Assembly (NCBI RefSeq): GCF_030144855.1
Contig: NC_082721.1
Span: forward strand, 43,338,001-43,402,000
Length of the DNA stretch: 64,000 nt
Direction: 5' to 3'
Origin: Hypanus sabinus
Taxonomy: Eukaryota
Each line of letters starts with the position of its first letter. The stretch's first letter is position 1. Positions 23,938 to 38,200 of the stretch are shown here, one piece after another. The position numbers and the translations under genes were made by a program. The notes under the pieces were generated by a model that was not told the DNA's origin, made no database searches, and saw nothing but the letters and a program-made list of their open reading frames with translations.

Positions 23938-26800
23938 TGAATGAATGAATGAATGATTTTTATTGTCATTATTGTCACGCAGGTGAGAGACTGCTAGAAA
24001 ATTCAGCAGTCTAATGAACAAGGAGGCAACTGAGAGAGAGAGGGGACTCTGACTTGGTTTTGATAACACTTTTAATTGTGACCTTGAGAGAGAGAGAGTA
24101 CGGCGCCAGCTGACACACGAGCTGGGAAGTCACCATGGTAACAGTTCAGAGCGGTTGAGCTCATGGACGGCTGTAATTTCGAATGGATTATAAAAAGTTG
24201 AGGTTTTTGGTCTGATAACGGCAGAGGAGACACGACACGGGAGAATTGCGGAAGCTACCCGAGAAACCACTGGTGGAGTTTAAGACCACCACGAGGGTGG
24301 AAGCCACGGACCGATTAATTTCGACCCCTGATTACCAGTGCGGGTAAGAGCTTGCTTGTGGGGGTCTGCTGTTGGTGAACCCGTGCTGCGGGTTAGTAGA
24401 GCGTTCCCTAGAAGGGGCTCTGTCCATCTGTGTCTGTGTGGGGTTCACACGATGTGACTCTAAGACTTCGCAAGCAAGAACAACTAAAGCCAGCAATTTA
24501 AACATCAACTCAATTAACTCTCTCTCTCTCCATCAATTCAACTTGACGCAACACAAAGTGAACTGAACTGCTTAAACTTACTTGACACCGTAAGACTGAT
24601 ATCCAACTCCGGGACTATTATCTCTGTATCCACACACACATTTCTGCTGGTCCTTTTCAACTAGTCACGGGATTCATGACAAAATACATAGATACAATGA
24701 AACTCTGTTTGGCTTCCTCTGAGGCAATTAAATAAAGTGGTAGATAAAAACAAGACAGTAACAGAAAAACAGTATTAAATAGATAAGTAGCAAAAAATAA
24801 GTTGCAGCAGCACCAGAATATCATAGTAATTCACAAAGTGTCGTTAGTGCAAGTATTTGAGTCCTTGTGTGTGCATGCGTGTGCTCACAGTTTCAGTCAT
24901 TGTTCTGTGGAAGTGATGTGATGGAGGCCACAGATCTGGGGGAGAAGCTGTTCCTCAGTCTATTTGTTCTGGCTTTTAGTTTCCTGAACCTTTTGCTGGA
25001 CAGCAGCGGGTCAAACAGGGAGTCGATGCGGTGTGTGGTGTCTCTGGTTATGCTGATAGTTTTCCTCCTGAGTCTGCTGGAATAGATGATGTCCAGTCTA
25101 GGGAGCTCCATCCTGATGATTCACTGGGCCGCCTTCACCACACGATGCAGGTCTTGTCACTCAGCGGCTGTGTAGCTGGCATAAAACACTGTGGTGTTGT
25201 TGGTCAGGATAGTTTCAATTGTGCTTCTTCAGAAATTAAGCAACAGCTTTTGTGGGAGTTTGGCCTGTTTCAGCTCTCTGAGGAAGAAGAGTCTTTGTTG
25301 TACATTTTTTACAAGCAGCGAGGTGTTGGTGGTCCATGTCAGCTGTTTTGACAATTTAACTCCAAGGAACTTTAGTATTTCCACATTTTCCACTACCTCT
25401 CCATGTATATGGAGGGGGATGTGTACTCTGTCCTTCGATCTCCTGAAGTGAATGATCATCTCTTTTGTTTTAGAAGTGTAAAGGACCAGGTCATTGTCTT
25501 TACACGACTCCATCAGATGATCCACCTCGACACTGTAGGCTGTTTCATCCTCGTCTGGGATCAGGCCAACCACTGTGGTATCGTTCACAAATTTAAATAT
25601 GGAGTTGGAGGTCCAGATGGGGGTGCAGTCATGTGTGAAGAGTGTGTAGAGCATAGGGCTCAACACACAGCCCTGTGGGGTGCCTGTTTTTAAGATGATG
25701 GTGGTGGAGTTGTGGTTACCAATTCTGACTTGCGATGGTTGGTCTGTGAGAAAGTCCGTTACCCATGAGCACAGGGAGGAACCAAGACCAAAAGTGTTCA
25801 GTTTTCTGACTAGTTTATCGTGGATAACTGTGTTAAATGCAGAACTAAAGTCCACAAATAACATGCTCACATAAGTGTTTGATTCCTCTAGGTAAGTCAG
25901 AGGAATATGGAGGGCTGTTGTAATTGCATCCTCTGTGGAGTGGTTTGCCCAGTAGGCAAACTGGTGTTTTTCCAGATCAGGTGGGATTATAGCCTCAATC
26001 TGTGAGAGCACAAGTCTATCAAAGCACTTTGTGGCAATGGGTGTCAGCGCTACAGGGCAGAAGTCATTCAGGCACTTCACAGCTGACTTTTTGGGCACTG
26101 GGATGATGGTGGAGGTTTTAAGCCATGTTGGAGCAACAGTTTGTTGCAGTGACAGGTTAAATATACTTGTAAACGCCTCAGCAAGCTGGTCAGCACATGC
26201 TTTCAGTACCTGGCTGGGCACTCCGTCAAGGCCAGCTGTCTTACTCGCATTCACTTTCCACAAGGTGGATCTCACCTGATGTTGCTTAAGGACCAGTATC
26301 GACTCATCATCAGGTGGATTGATGAGTGGAGCAGCCTCCTTCCTCTGAGTATCAAAGTGGGCAAAGAACTGGTTTAAGACATCAGGCAGTGCGGCATCAT
26401 CATCTGGCAGCAGATTAGTGGCTTTTTAGTCTGTCAGCGCCTTGATGCCTTTCCACATACTTCAGGGGTTGCTGTTGTTATCAGACTAATTTTCAATGCA
26501 CAATTTGTATTTGTGCTTTGCATCCAAATTCTGTAAAGCATTTTCAAAGCTGCAAAAGAACTTCCGTACAGTGAACAGTGCATATCCATCTCTGAGTTGT
26601 CTAAAAAGTATATTCTGTTGAGTGATACACAGTTCCAAAAGGATGTGTATGTTTTTGATGGGACATCAAATGTATGGGCCATTGTGTATGAGTATGTGCA
26701 ATTGAAAATCATGGAACCTGCTGAATGATGATTGCGTCTTGGATATGGAGATGACACTGGATTTGACCAATATAATTGATTGTCTTTCATTGACATTAGC
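23938..26800 (-). mobile_element. Rex1/Babar LINE (RT ORF 25229-26275), 3' UTR split by an LTR
   Basis: 348-aa ORF with LFVDFSSAFNTV and GTPQGCVLSP; (GAAT)n tail at about 23938-23955. Confidence 0.85.
23973..24681. mobile_element. Probable solo LTR
   Basis: Inverted termini TGTCACG...CATGACA; interrupts the Rex1 3' UTR; no clean TSD found. Confidence 0.55.
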
Positions 26801-26840
26801 CAATGACATAGATGTGGATTATTGGTTTACTGAAAGGTTT

Positions 26841-27228
26841 TGTCATGGTTCCAGTTGGCTGTTCACCTTTAGCACTCCTTTTTCCCTGATTATGCCCTAA
26901 TTTCAGTCATTAGAGTTCCAATTGCTGCTAGCCTACTTAATTACAATACACCTGGTTTTCATCAGAGACTGTGAAATAAGTACGATGGCGTCACCATCAC
27001 AGGATGGCAGTTTGTTGGTCTATTCTCATGCGATACTTCATTACCTTGTAGATTAGAACTGTTAGTTATAGTTTCAGCTCCACTTTCAAGATAGTCACTG
27101 TAAATCCTGTCTCCTTGTCAAAATTCCTCCAGTTTGCTGTTCTACATTCACGTCTATGCCAGCATCCCCAACTCAGTTGACGTGCTGGTGTCCTGCACTT
27201 AGGTTCTCCTCAGTTGCCCCATGCAACA
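26841..27228 (+). mobile_element. Solo LTR with 5-bp TSD
   Basis: TGTCATG...GCAACA ends, flanked by GGTTT at 26836-26840 and 27229-27233. Confidence 0.8.
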
Positions 27229-28324
27229 GGTTTGGCCATTATGCAAAAGTTTAGCATGTTGATTGCTAATTGAACAGGTGTTCCTAATGATCTTTTTCCT
27301 AGTTGTGAGAGCAGGATTACTTGCCATGATGAAAATATGTTTTTAAAGTTTCCAACATTCAGCAAAGTATTCCATGCATTTGTTCCTCATATTCCCAAAT
27401 TAATAATGTAACTCTCCAAAGAAGAGGGCAACTCTGCTAGAAGCTGTTGACAACAAATATCTGATTTGTACACTGCATGATCTTCTGGTTTTCAGGCTTT
27501 ACTGACTGATGTGAATCTCTCACACAAGCAACAAAGGATGTTTCAATTTCAGGTCATGAAAAATAAATGCAGCTGCTCAATCAGAATGTCTGGATGTCAC
27601 AAAATATGCAATGGATCATTTGTACCTAAGACTTGCTGCAAGATCGGATACAGGGAAGACAGAAATGGCAGATCTTGGCAAAACCTACTACTGGAACAGG
27701 TTCACTCAGGTCCTTTTCATTGCTTCAGACGTCAGGCATGCTATATTGTAACTTAAGGACTCTGTTGAAAGATCCATCTCCTCCATGGTTTAATCAAGAG
27801 GTGGACCATGGCCGTTAACTTTTGGAAAGCTGAATGAAGAAGAGACGACAAGTAAAGTAATTCTCATGGATAGAGAAATTCAGGCATTGAACCTCATTGA
27901 GAAGACAGAGATCTGGAGAAAACATTAATAGAAAGAATGTTTGGTGGAAGATAGTGACTAGGATCCTTTGTTGTTGTTAAAATGTTTCCTTCTGAAAGTA
28001 AGGTTTTATAAATCTACTGCCACCTAACAAGGTTCTCAAGTGCGTTATCATTCAAGTAATCACAGTATTTCCATGAAGATTACTTGCACAAACAAATTAG
28101 CATCACAATATTGTTCTGATTGCCAAGTCTCCAAATAAACAGACACAATAAAAATATAAAGAGAATCCAGTGCATGTGGTACCATTTGAAATAATCACTT
28201 CCAAATGAAAAGCAATAAAGGAGACTGCAGTACCTACAATAAGTTCATTGCCACAGAATGGTTTTGAAGTAGTTTTCAAGGAGTAAAGTGTGTGACTCAA
28301 AATACCTTTAATGATAGTGTAGAA

Positions 28325-29320
28325 GTACACATGACATGCTCTTTGCTGATGACACTGCTATAACCTCGTACACCAAACAGCAACTACAAACGCTCATGGA
28401 CCGCTTCTCTGAGGCATGCAAGGACATCAGGCTTACCATCAGCCTAAAGAAAACAAATGGCCTTGCCCAGAACATAGTGGAGACACGAGTCATTGCCATC
28501 GACAATTACGTTTTAGAAGTAGTCCACAAGTTCACATACTTGGGGTCGGCCATTAGTGACACTCTCTCCCTCGATGCTGAAATCAATAAGAGTATTGGCA
28601 AAGCAACATCGATCCTTGCTCGACTCTCCTCGCATGTCTGGGAGAATCCGAAACTCACTATGAAGACGAAGACTGCTTTGTACAATGCATGTGTTATCAG
28701 CACCCTCCTGTATGGTTTCCTCTCCAAACAGGAGAGGAAACTCAATAATTTTCACTTGCACAGCCTTTGCTGCATCCTCGGCATCACCTGGAGAGACAAA
28801 GTCCCAGATTCTGAGGTCCTCTCTCGAGCTGGACTTTGCACAATGTTCACGCTTTTAAGACAATGCAGACTGCACTGGCTGGGCCATGTCTGTCGTATGA
28901 AGGGTAATAGACTGCCAAAGGACATCCTCTATGGAGAACTAGCAACAGGCCAGAGGAATGTTGGTAGACCCCAGCTTTGCTTCAAGGACCTTTCAAGTGC
29001 GACATGAAAGCCTTAAAAATCAACACAGAGTGCTGGGAGGATACAGCAGATGACACAACAAATGGGGAGGCACCCTTCAGCAACACCTAGAGCAAGGCAA
29101 AAGAGTGATCCTGAGTCAGTATGAGCAGCAGAGAGCTAAACAGAGAGCACAGCCGACAGCGGACCACCATTCCACGACTCCCTACACATGCAGCAACTGT
29201 GGCAGAGCCTACCATTCCAGGATCGGCCTCAATAGTCACAGTCAGCGCTGTTGACAAACCAGTGACTACCAGAGGCGCAGTACCTATGGTTGACCATGAC
29301 CAACGGGGGCCACAAGTGTA
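28325..29320 (+). mobile_element. RTE LINE 3' part
   Basis: LFADDTAITS...FTYLGSAIS...RLHWLGHVCRM...GRPQLCFKD, and C-terminal CGRAYHSRIGLNSH. Confidence 0.88.
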
Positions 29321-32300
29321 CATGGCAACATTGGTGAAATTGACAAGTTCTGCTTGAAATCAGGAATGTTCCACATAGCCTAAAAAAGTCAGACATAGCT
29401 GGGCCCATGTGAGTGATTATAGTTTATGAGATCCTGAGTATTGTTGATCCACTTTTGATCCACTTAGCTATGCCATTGGCTAATATTGGACAAAACAGTT
29501 GTCATCTCTATATTCAAGATGCGATCATCATTCAGCAAGTTTTGATCCCATCCATGATTTTCAATTGCACATACTGAACCACAGTGGCCCATACATTTGA
29601 TGTCCTATCAAGTACATACTCATCCATAAAACTAGGCAGCATTCCATTGCGCTACTGACTCAAACTTTGTAGGTGGTGGATAGAATTTGGTGAGCTCGGA
29701 AGCAAATTACTCGATACAGGGATTTCAAGTTCTGATCTGCTTTTGTAGCCATGTTGTGTACATGGGAAGACACATGGTAGAAAAATTGCATTTTCATCCA
29801 GGCAATGAAAAGATATTAACATATAGGAGGCAACGTATCCTGATTTAATGAAGTTCATAGAGTACATTACACAGTAACAGCCTCTTTGCCCCAACTGATC
29901 CATATCAATCAAGATCTCTATCCAAGTCTCCATTGGGTCCCATTTGCCAGTGTTTGGCCCATAATGTTCTAAACACTTCCAATCCATGTACCTGTAAAAA
30001 TATCTTTTAAAAGTCACTATTGTACATATCTTAACCACTTCCTCTGGCACCTCATTTCAAATAGATGCTCCGTTTTGTGTGCAACAAACATATATGCCTG
30101 ACACCATAACTCAAGCTCTTCCACCTCAATCATTTGTTATCCATGATGATACCAGCCAGACACAAAGCAGTAACCATGCTGGATTTCAGGACCTGCTCAG
30201 TTTTCAATATTATAATCAGCTGTGAAATCTATCTTTCATCATTTTGCTAGAGAATGTTGTAGAATAAATGGACTGTCATTCCTTTGCCCCTTTGACTCTC
30301 CAATCATTATCCCACAATTCAGCTGGCTTGGAGGGCAGCTGTTTTTAGCAAAATGGTTTGAAGTAACCCAGAGCTCACCAGGCCAGGACTGCCCAGGCTC
30401 CTCCTTATTTTCATCTACTTCCTTCAGTAGCAGTGAGCCATGCTTTGGGTGGATAAGCAAAAGGATGGTCAGGTAGTATGTGAGGCATGTTTAGCAGTGT
30501 TGATATCTCACAGCTTCAGTGACCTGGATTTGATTGTGATCTTGTCCATGTGAAATTTGAATGTTATCTCTGTGACCACTTGAGTTTCTCAGTGATGTTC
30601 TATTTTCATTGCAGAGTGCAGACACTGTACTGTACGATTCCCCTTAGTGCAATGAGGAATGAAAAGAATCAAAGGGTGCTGAGTGGCATGTGTGAGGAGC
30701 ATGGAACTAATATCAATAGGGTTGTTCTATCGGGAGCTTATAAGGACCCAATGGGCTGAATGGCTTCATTATGTGTTTTACTACATAACAATTCCACAAT
30801 TTCTGCTGTCAGATTTGGTTACAGATATTTTTCAGTATACAACCACTACAAATGATAATTATTTTGTCCTGAAGGGGGCACTAAGATATCACTGACTGAG
30901 AAGGGGATGGTGTGAGATTTTTCTGATTGCATTATGGTTATTTGGTGAATATTTTTTTTTACATTCCCAGCAACTTCCAGATGCAATGTCTCTGCTGTGG
31001 GAAATCGAACATGCGTAGCACTCAAAACAGTGAATGATAGAGCACTCAGAAAGGAAAACTCTTTCTGCAGGCAAGGATGCTGCTTAACCTGGAGTAGTTA
31101 TTGTGGTTATTCAAGAATCCTCACAGCTCCTGACAATTCCGTTAAAGATATAGTAATCAGAGTCACTTCCTTGTGATGAGGAGATAGATTCCATGGTCTC
31201 CTGCCTATCATATCCGAGCTGGGACTGGGCTGCAACTGAACAAATTGGGACAAAGTGGTCTGAAGGCTTGCTGTGTGGACCTATTTTGAACTGAGGTCGA
31301 TTATTACTCAGTCAGGTGAGATCTTTACGTCAGTGATGTGTCAAGAATGGAAGTAGGTGGATTTCCTCATGATCACTGATTTAGGAGATAAATAGGATGC
31401 CCAACCCTTTGAACGTGCTCCACCATTCAATAACATTATGGCTGATCTTCATGCCTTATTACTCCATGTTTCCGGTAACCTTTCGCCCTCATCCTGACTT
31501 AAAAATATAAATTGATTCTGCTTGCACAGCCACTTGGAGAAAAGGAATTCCGAAGTTTTAAGGCTCTTTGAGAGAGAAACGAACTTTGTTTCACGTCTGT
31601 CCTAAGTAGGCAGCTCCTGATTTTTAAACACTAACACCTTGCCACAGCAATCTTGCTGAGAAATATTTGGAACTGAAGATGCAATGAATTTCCCCCTCAC
31701 TCTTCAAAACTGCAGTGTATTCAGACCTCGCTTTCCCTTACAAATGACCTACACATCAGAGTGCTGAATTCAGTAAAAGGGAGAAAGGAGGGAGGAATTA
31801 GGAATCTTCCTTCAAGCTGTTAAAAGTATCGGACAGGAAACAGTGATTTGATTCAGTAAGGTTTTGGAAAGCATGGGCGCATTAGTTGGATGGCTATCCA
31901 TGGGATTCAGTGCTCTTTCTTATAATGTACAGAAAATGACTTGGATAAAACTGCAGAGTTGCTGATTAGCAGGTTTGCAGATGGTAAGAGGAATATGAAG
32001 TGGTATATGGAGTACACCAGATGTGATTTAGCGGTGCTCCTTTCAACAGAAATACAGAATGCTGAATTTAGATAAGCCACCTGGATTGACAGACAAGCCA
32101 GCTGGATGAGATGCACTACACCCCATGGTTCTGAAAGAGATAGCTGATAACATTGTTGAGGAATTAGAAGTCGTCTTTCCAGAATAATTAGATTCTGTAA
32201 TAGTTTTGGAGGACTGAAAATTGCAAATATTGGATATCAGCAGCAGCAAAGCCTTTTAATTCCACCACAATTTGTATCCTTGTTGCAGAGTGTATCATCA

Positions 32301-32931
32301 CTCCAGCATTACAATCAAACAAAGAATCAATGTGAAATATTGAAGAGTATATGAGCTGAACTTGTCATAACTAAAGATTTCCTGGAATCCTGAAGTTACT
32401 GCACTGTGTGCATCTAGCAGTTGAGCTGTATAATGTTAGCCAGCATGACTAAATTTATGAATCTGAACAAAGGGCCTAAGCTCCTTAAACATAAGAAAGA
32501 GAAAATTAATAATGGATATGCAAACAATAGATTTGTGAAAACAATGATCTGTTTGCCAGTTGTCAGTATGAACACAAAAAAACATCATTATTAAAGGGTA
32601 GAAAAAAAGCAATACTGGATGAACACAGCAACCCAAACAGCAGCTGTGGAGGCAAAAGTTGTAAGTTGTATATAGATGTTTTGTACAGAGAACAAATACC
32701 AGGACTGAAAAGGAGCAGGAAATATTATCCATGTACAACAGTAGGAGGAAGGGGATGTGGCCAAAAGGAGAGGTAAATTAGTGTAGTGGTTATTTGAATT
32801 CTATTACAGCTTGTGGCATTGAAAGTCAGAGTTCCAATGTGACGTCATCTGGAAGGAGTCTGTCTGTCCTCCCCATGGAATTCAGGTTTCAAGGTTAATG
32901 GTTCATTTATTATCAAAGCATGTATGCAATA

Positions 32932-33251
32932 TAAGGGGTGATTGATAAGTTTGTGACCTAAGGTGGAAGGAATCAATTTTAGAAAACCTAGCACATTTAT
33001 TTTTCAGCATGCTCCCCTCCTACATTTACACACCTACTCCAGCGGTTGTGGAGCATATAGATCTTGGACCTCCAGAAAGTGTTCACAGATGGATGATTGA
33101 TAAGTTTGTGACCTGAGGTAGAAGGAGTTGAGTTATACAGCTCTTGTTACAAGCATATGCAGGTCAACTCTTTGAGTGATTATGCAGAATGTTTGAAGTT
33201 AATAACTCATCTCCTTCTACCTTAGGCCACAAACTTATCAATTAGCCCTCA
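32932..33251. mobile_element. Tc1/mariner-derived MITE
   Basis: TIRs GGGGTGATTGATAAGTTTGTGACCTAAGGTGGAAGGA and its reverse complement at the right end, TA flanks, and a third internal TIR copy near 33092. The paralogous site near 20940 is empty. Confidence 0.8.
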
Positions 33252-33590
33252 TATAGTACTTTGTGACTCATCTTCTCCAGTGAGCCATGAAACAAATAAA
33301 ACCATACAGGCCACTCAGAGAAGAACATCTCCTCTCCCCATGCACCAAAAATAAACAAATCATGCAAACATCAAGTAGCGAATTGTGCAAACAGCACCAA
33401 GGACATCAAACCTCCCCAAGTGCAAAGAAAAACAAATTATGGACTTCCGGTAAGATGGCGATTGTTTAGTTGCTCCAAGCTTTTGCTCCGTTATTCTTCT
33501 TACCTTTGCAATATATGTCTCCCTTCTTAAACCTTAGTTAGGTATTTTATTAGCTCTCTTTTACCTGCCTGCGAACACATCTATCCTATA

Positions 33591-34413
33591 ATGGCTACCA
33601 AAAGTACTAAAACTGGGAAAAAGGAAACTTCTATGGCTTTGCCAACTGACATTCTCGCTGTTCTGGAACAAAATCGACAAGATACTTTAATGGATTTTAG
33701 AACTGAATTTAGAACTTCTTTCAACCAGCTGAATGTCAAATTGAATCAGATTAATGCTAGGGTGGATGAACATGCTGAACATTTATCTCGCGTTGACGTA
33801 ACTTCTGAAGATTTAAAATGCCGTGTTCAATATCTTGAAACTCTCTGCTCTAACCTAGAGGAGAAGAAAAGTAAACTTTTTTTCCAAAATGGTGGATCTT
33901 GAAAATCGGAGTAGAAGTTGCAATCTATGAATTCTTGGTTTGCCAGAGGCCACCGAAAAGGGCTCTTCCGTTGAATTTTTTTCCAAGTTTCTCTGAGAAA
34001 TTATCGGGAAAGAATTTCTTCCGACTCCACCTGAGCTTGAAAGGGCACACAGGATCTATGTTCCTCAAGCAATTCTGGGTTCCCGCTCATGGCTGATTAC
34101 TTTATGCTTTCATCAATACCAGGTGAAAAACCGTTTGATGATGGAGGCACGCCACAGAGGTACTTTTGCTTTTCAAAATACGGTCATTCGTTTTGTGGAG
34201 GATTTTGCATCCCAGGTTCTGAAGATGCATGCTGAGATTAAAGGTGTAATGAAAGCGCTTTTTGATCGCGGATTCAGACCCTTGCTCTGAAATCCAGCTG
34301 ATCTTCGAATTACGCTTACTACTGGAGATTATAAGTGGTTTAAATCAGTGAAGGAGGCTGAGGTGTTTGTTGGAAGTCTTCCAGCCACCTAGTCTTCTTC
34401 GGAACTGGCCTGA
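33591..34413 (+). pseudogene. L1 ORF1 (coiled coil, RRM, CTD), frameshifted
   Basis: Coiled-coil heptads, then DLENRSRSCNL*ILGLPE, LERAHR and RFVEDFAS motifs in shifting frames. Confidence 0.85.
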
Positions 34414-35231
34414 CCTTCTAAAATGGTTGATAAGTACTTCTCGAAGTAAAACTATTGTTTCCGAACTCAGACTTTACTTGAATAATTCAGTCATTATCTA
34501 TTGAAACTCTAAGGGCTGTAGTCAATCTCTCCCTGGACTTGGTGCGTTTTTTCTAAATAGATAATTTAAGTTTAATGTTTCCCTGTAAACTTTTAGATTT
34601 TACCTGTGTAATCAATTTTATTTTTGTATAACCTTATCTATAGAGAACTACAATTGTCTTTAACTTGTTTTGGAGGTTTGGAGTTTTTATTGAAGGCCTC
34701 CCTGTTGGTTGATTCATAGTTTAAGTTTTGCTTTTTTTTTCCGGACTCTTGATAAGGACTCTCTTTGAATTTTATAATTTCCCTCTTTTCTCCCTCCTTT
34801 TTTTTTCTTTTAATCTTTTATAATTTTTCGCGGGTAGGTTAGTTTTAGTTTTCTTCTGATTTTCTTTGCATTAAGTTTTATACTTCTGTTGAAGTTGTTC
34901 CTATTTGTAATTCTGTTTTCTAGTGCATCAATTTGCTATATTATTTATACAGAACTTTTGTTAACGACACAGAACTGGAAGTCATACTTGGGTTAATTGT
35001 TTTGGTAGAGCTAGCTGCTTTTTTAGGTAGCTGTCTAATTTTGGGTTACGAGGGGGGTGGTGGGTTCTCCAGTTCCAACACTACTCACTGTTTCTTTTGT
35101 TTTCCTTTGTTATTCAGGACATGTCTCTGTTTTGATTCTATGGATCTATGTTTACATTTTTGCTCCCAGACTGTTATTGTACTGCTTGATTTTTTATATG
35201 CCTGCTACCTTCTATGCACTAACATTTGATA

Positions 35232-38200
35232 ATGGTTAATTCACTTAAATTTGTGAGCTGGAATGTAAAGGGACTGAGTCATCCTGTTAAAAGAAGGAAG
35301 ATCTTCTCGCATATTAAACAACTCAAAGTGGACATTGCTTTCTTTCAAGAAACTCATATTCGTAGTTTTTATAATTCTCAGCTTCTGTCAAAGTGGGCAG
35401 GTCAGCATTTTCATTCATCCTTTGCTGCCAAAGCTAGGGGGGGTCTCCATCCTTATTAATTCAAATATTCCTTTTGAACTCCATAATAAGATATCTGATA
35501 CAAATGGCCATTTTATTATTATTATTTCTGGTAAATTATACAATACTAAAGTTGTACTAGCAAACCCGTATGCTCCCAATTTTGATGATGTTAATCTTTT
35601 TGAATTGTTTTTTCTCCTCACTACCAGATTTAAACTCATACTCTCTTATACTGGGTAGCGATTTCAATTGTTGGTTAGATCCTCATTTGGATCGATTCTC
35701 CTCTGTTACTAGACTACCTGCTAAATCTGCCTTAGCTATTCACTCTTTTCTCTCTAATTATGGTATCTCTGATATATGGCGTTTCCTTCATCCTACTGAG
35801 AGAGACTATTCTTTTTTTTCCCATGTTCACCATATCTTTACTAGAATTGACTACTTTTTACTCGATAATCAACTTATTCCATTTGTCTATTCTTGTGACT
35901 ATCCGAGTATACTGATTTCTGACCATGCCCCAATTACTTTGTCTTTAAATTTTCCTGGTCTCCCTCAGAGGAATAAACACTGGCACTTTGAGTCAACTTT
36001 ATTATCGGATGATGATTTTCTAAAATTTATTAAGGATTAGATAATCTTTTATTTTAACACCAATACATCATCTGAAATGTCATCCCAGATTGTCTGGGAT
36101 GCCATGAAAGCATATTTGAGGGGTCAAATAATCTCCTATACAGCAAATCTTAATAGAAAGTCCTGTGCAGATCGATTAGACCTCATTAATCAGATTAAAG
36201 AATTGGATCAACTGTATGCTCAAACTAAGAATCCTGAATTATACAAGAAGCGTGTAGAACTTCAAACTAAATTTAATCTTCTGTCTACTCAACCTGTCAA
36301 ATGCCAACTTATTGAAAGTAAGAGTCGCTTCTATACTCATGGTGACAAATCTGGTAAATTTCTAGCCAATCAGCTGAGACATTCCAAAGCCAAACAACAT
36401 GTTACAAAGATCCGGAAGGAGATTGGAGACTTTACATCGGATCACTTAGAAATCAATGATGCATTTAAAAATTTCTATTCTCGACTCTAGTCCTCTGAAT
36501 CTTTGAATGACAATATCTCTGTTGATCATTTTTTGAATAATCTGAATATTCCTTTGCTTTCATCTGATTTTAAAGCCAAACTGAATGCGCCTATATCATC
36601 AGAAGAAATATCTTTTGCAATTTCTGCATTGTCTTCAGGGAAATCTCCTGGACCTGATGGATTCCCCGTAGAATTTTATAAATCATTCTCTTCACTTCTT
36701 TCTCCTCAGTTATTTTCAGTATTATCTGACTCGTTTAATTATGGTAAATTGCCATCCTCTTTTAATGAGGCATTTATTATTCTTTTATTAAAAAAGGGTA
36801 AAGACCCAACAGAGTGTTCCTCGTATAGGCCGATTTCTTTGCTTAATGTTGATGTTAAAATCTTCCCAAAGTTTTGGCTTATAGATTAGAAACTGTCATT
36901 CCCCTATTATTTCTGATGATCAAACTGGTATTTATTAAAAACCGTCCTCCTTTTTTAACATTCGGCGTTTATTTAACATTTTGTTTTCACCTCTAACTGG
37001 GATTCCTGAATGTGTTATTTCCCTTGATGCAGAGAAACCATTTGATCGTATAGAGTGGAACTACCTTTTTGCAGTTTTAGAAAAATTTGACTTCGGTCAA
37101 AGTTTTATCTCTTGGATCAAATTGCTGTATTTGTGTCCTACTAATGTTTTGACTAATTTTCAGAAATCCCATTTATTTAACCTCAAACGTGGCACCCGTC
37201 AGGGATGCCCTTTAAGTCCCTTTCTCTTTGATTTGGCTATAGAACCTTTGGCGATAGCATTTTGAAATTGTCCTGAATTGACCAGGATTTGGAGAGGGGG
37301 TGTTGAGCATAAAGTTTCTCTTTATGCTGATGACTTATTACTTTTTCTTTCAAATCCGTCAACATCCTTACCTCCAATGTTTTCACTTCTTGATCAGTTT
37401 AGCCAGTTGTCTGGCTATAAACTTAATTTACATAAGTGCGAACTTTTCCCAATTAATAAAGAAGCACAAGAATTAACATTTCGTGATCTCCCTTTTAAAG
37501 TAGTTCATAATCAATTTACTTATCTTGGGATTACAGTCACAAGGAAGTTTAAAGATCTCTTTCATGAAAATTTTGCCAATCTTTCATATACTATAAAACA
37601 GAGTCTGTTACAATGGTCACCTCTATCTATGTCTTTGGCAGGTCCTATTAATGTTGTTAAAATGTATGTTCTCCCTAAACTTTTATATTTATTTCAATCA
37701 ATCCCAATTTTTATTCCTAAATCTTTTTTGATTCCTTAGACTCTATTATTTTGTCATATCTGTGGAAGAATAAGCACTCTAGAATTAATAAAGTTTATCT
37801 CCAAAAATCTAAAAAAGAGGGTGGCATGGCTTTACCTAACTTTCGTTTTATATTATTGGGCAGCCAATATACGTTGTGCTACCTTTTGGTCTTTTTTCCA
37901 TGGCCAACCAGAGTGCCCTAATTGGGTGGCAATGGAGTTGAGTTCCACTAAAGATTTATCTATCTCTGCACTTCTTGGCTCTGTACTCCCTAGTAGTTTG
38001 TCCAGATTAATTGTTAATCCTCTTGTTAGACATACTTTGTGTATATGGGCTCAGTTTAAGAAATTTTATGGTTTCCATGGTTTTTCCTTTTCTAGCCCTA
38101 TCTTACATAATCGCCTTTTTTACCTACTATGTATGATTCTGCATTCCATGATTGGTATAGGAAGGGCATTAGACATTTTGAAGATCTTTTTATTGATAAT

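Noticed and set aside
34933-35229. Hydrophobic 98-aa ORF in the L1 spacer as an extra ORF
   Set aside because: It has no ATG start, and its Leu/Phe/Cys richness follows from the T-rich composition.
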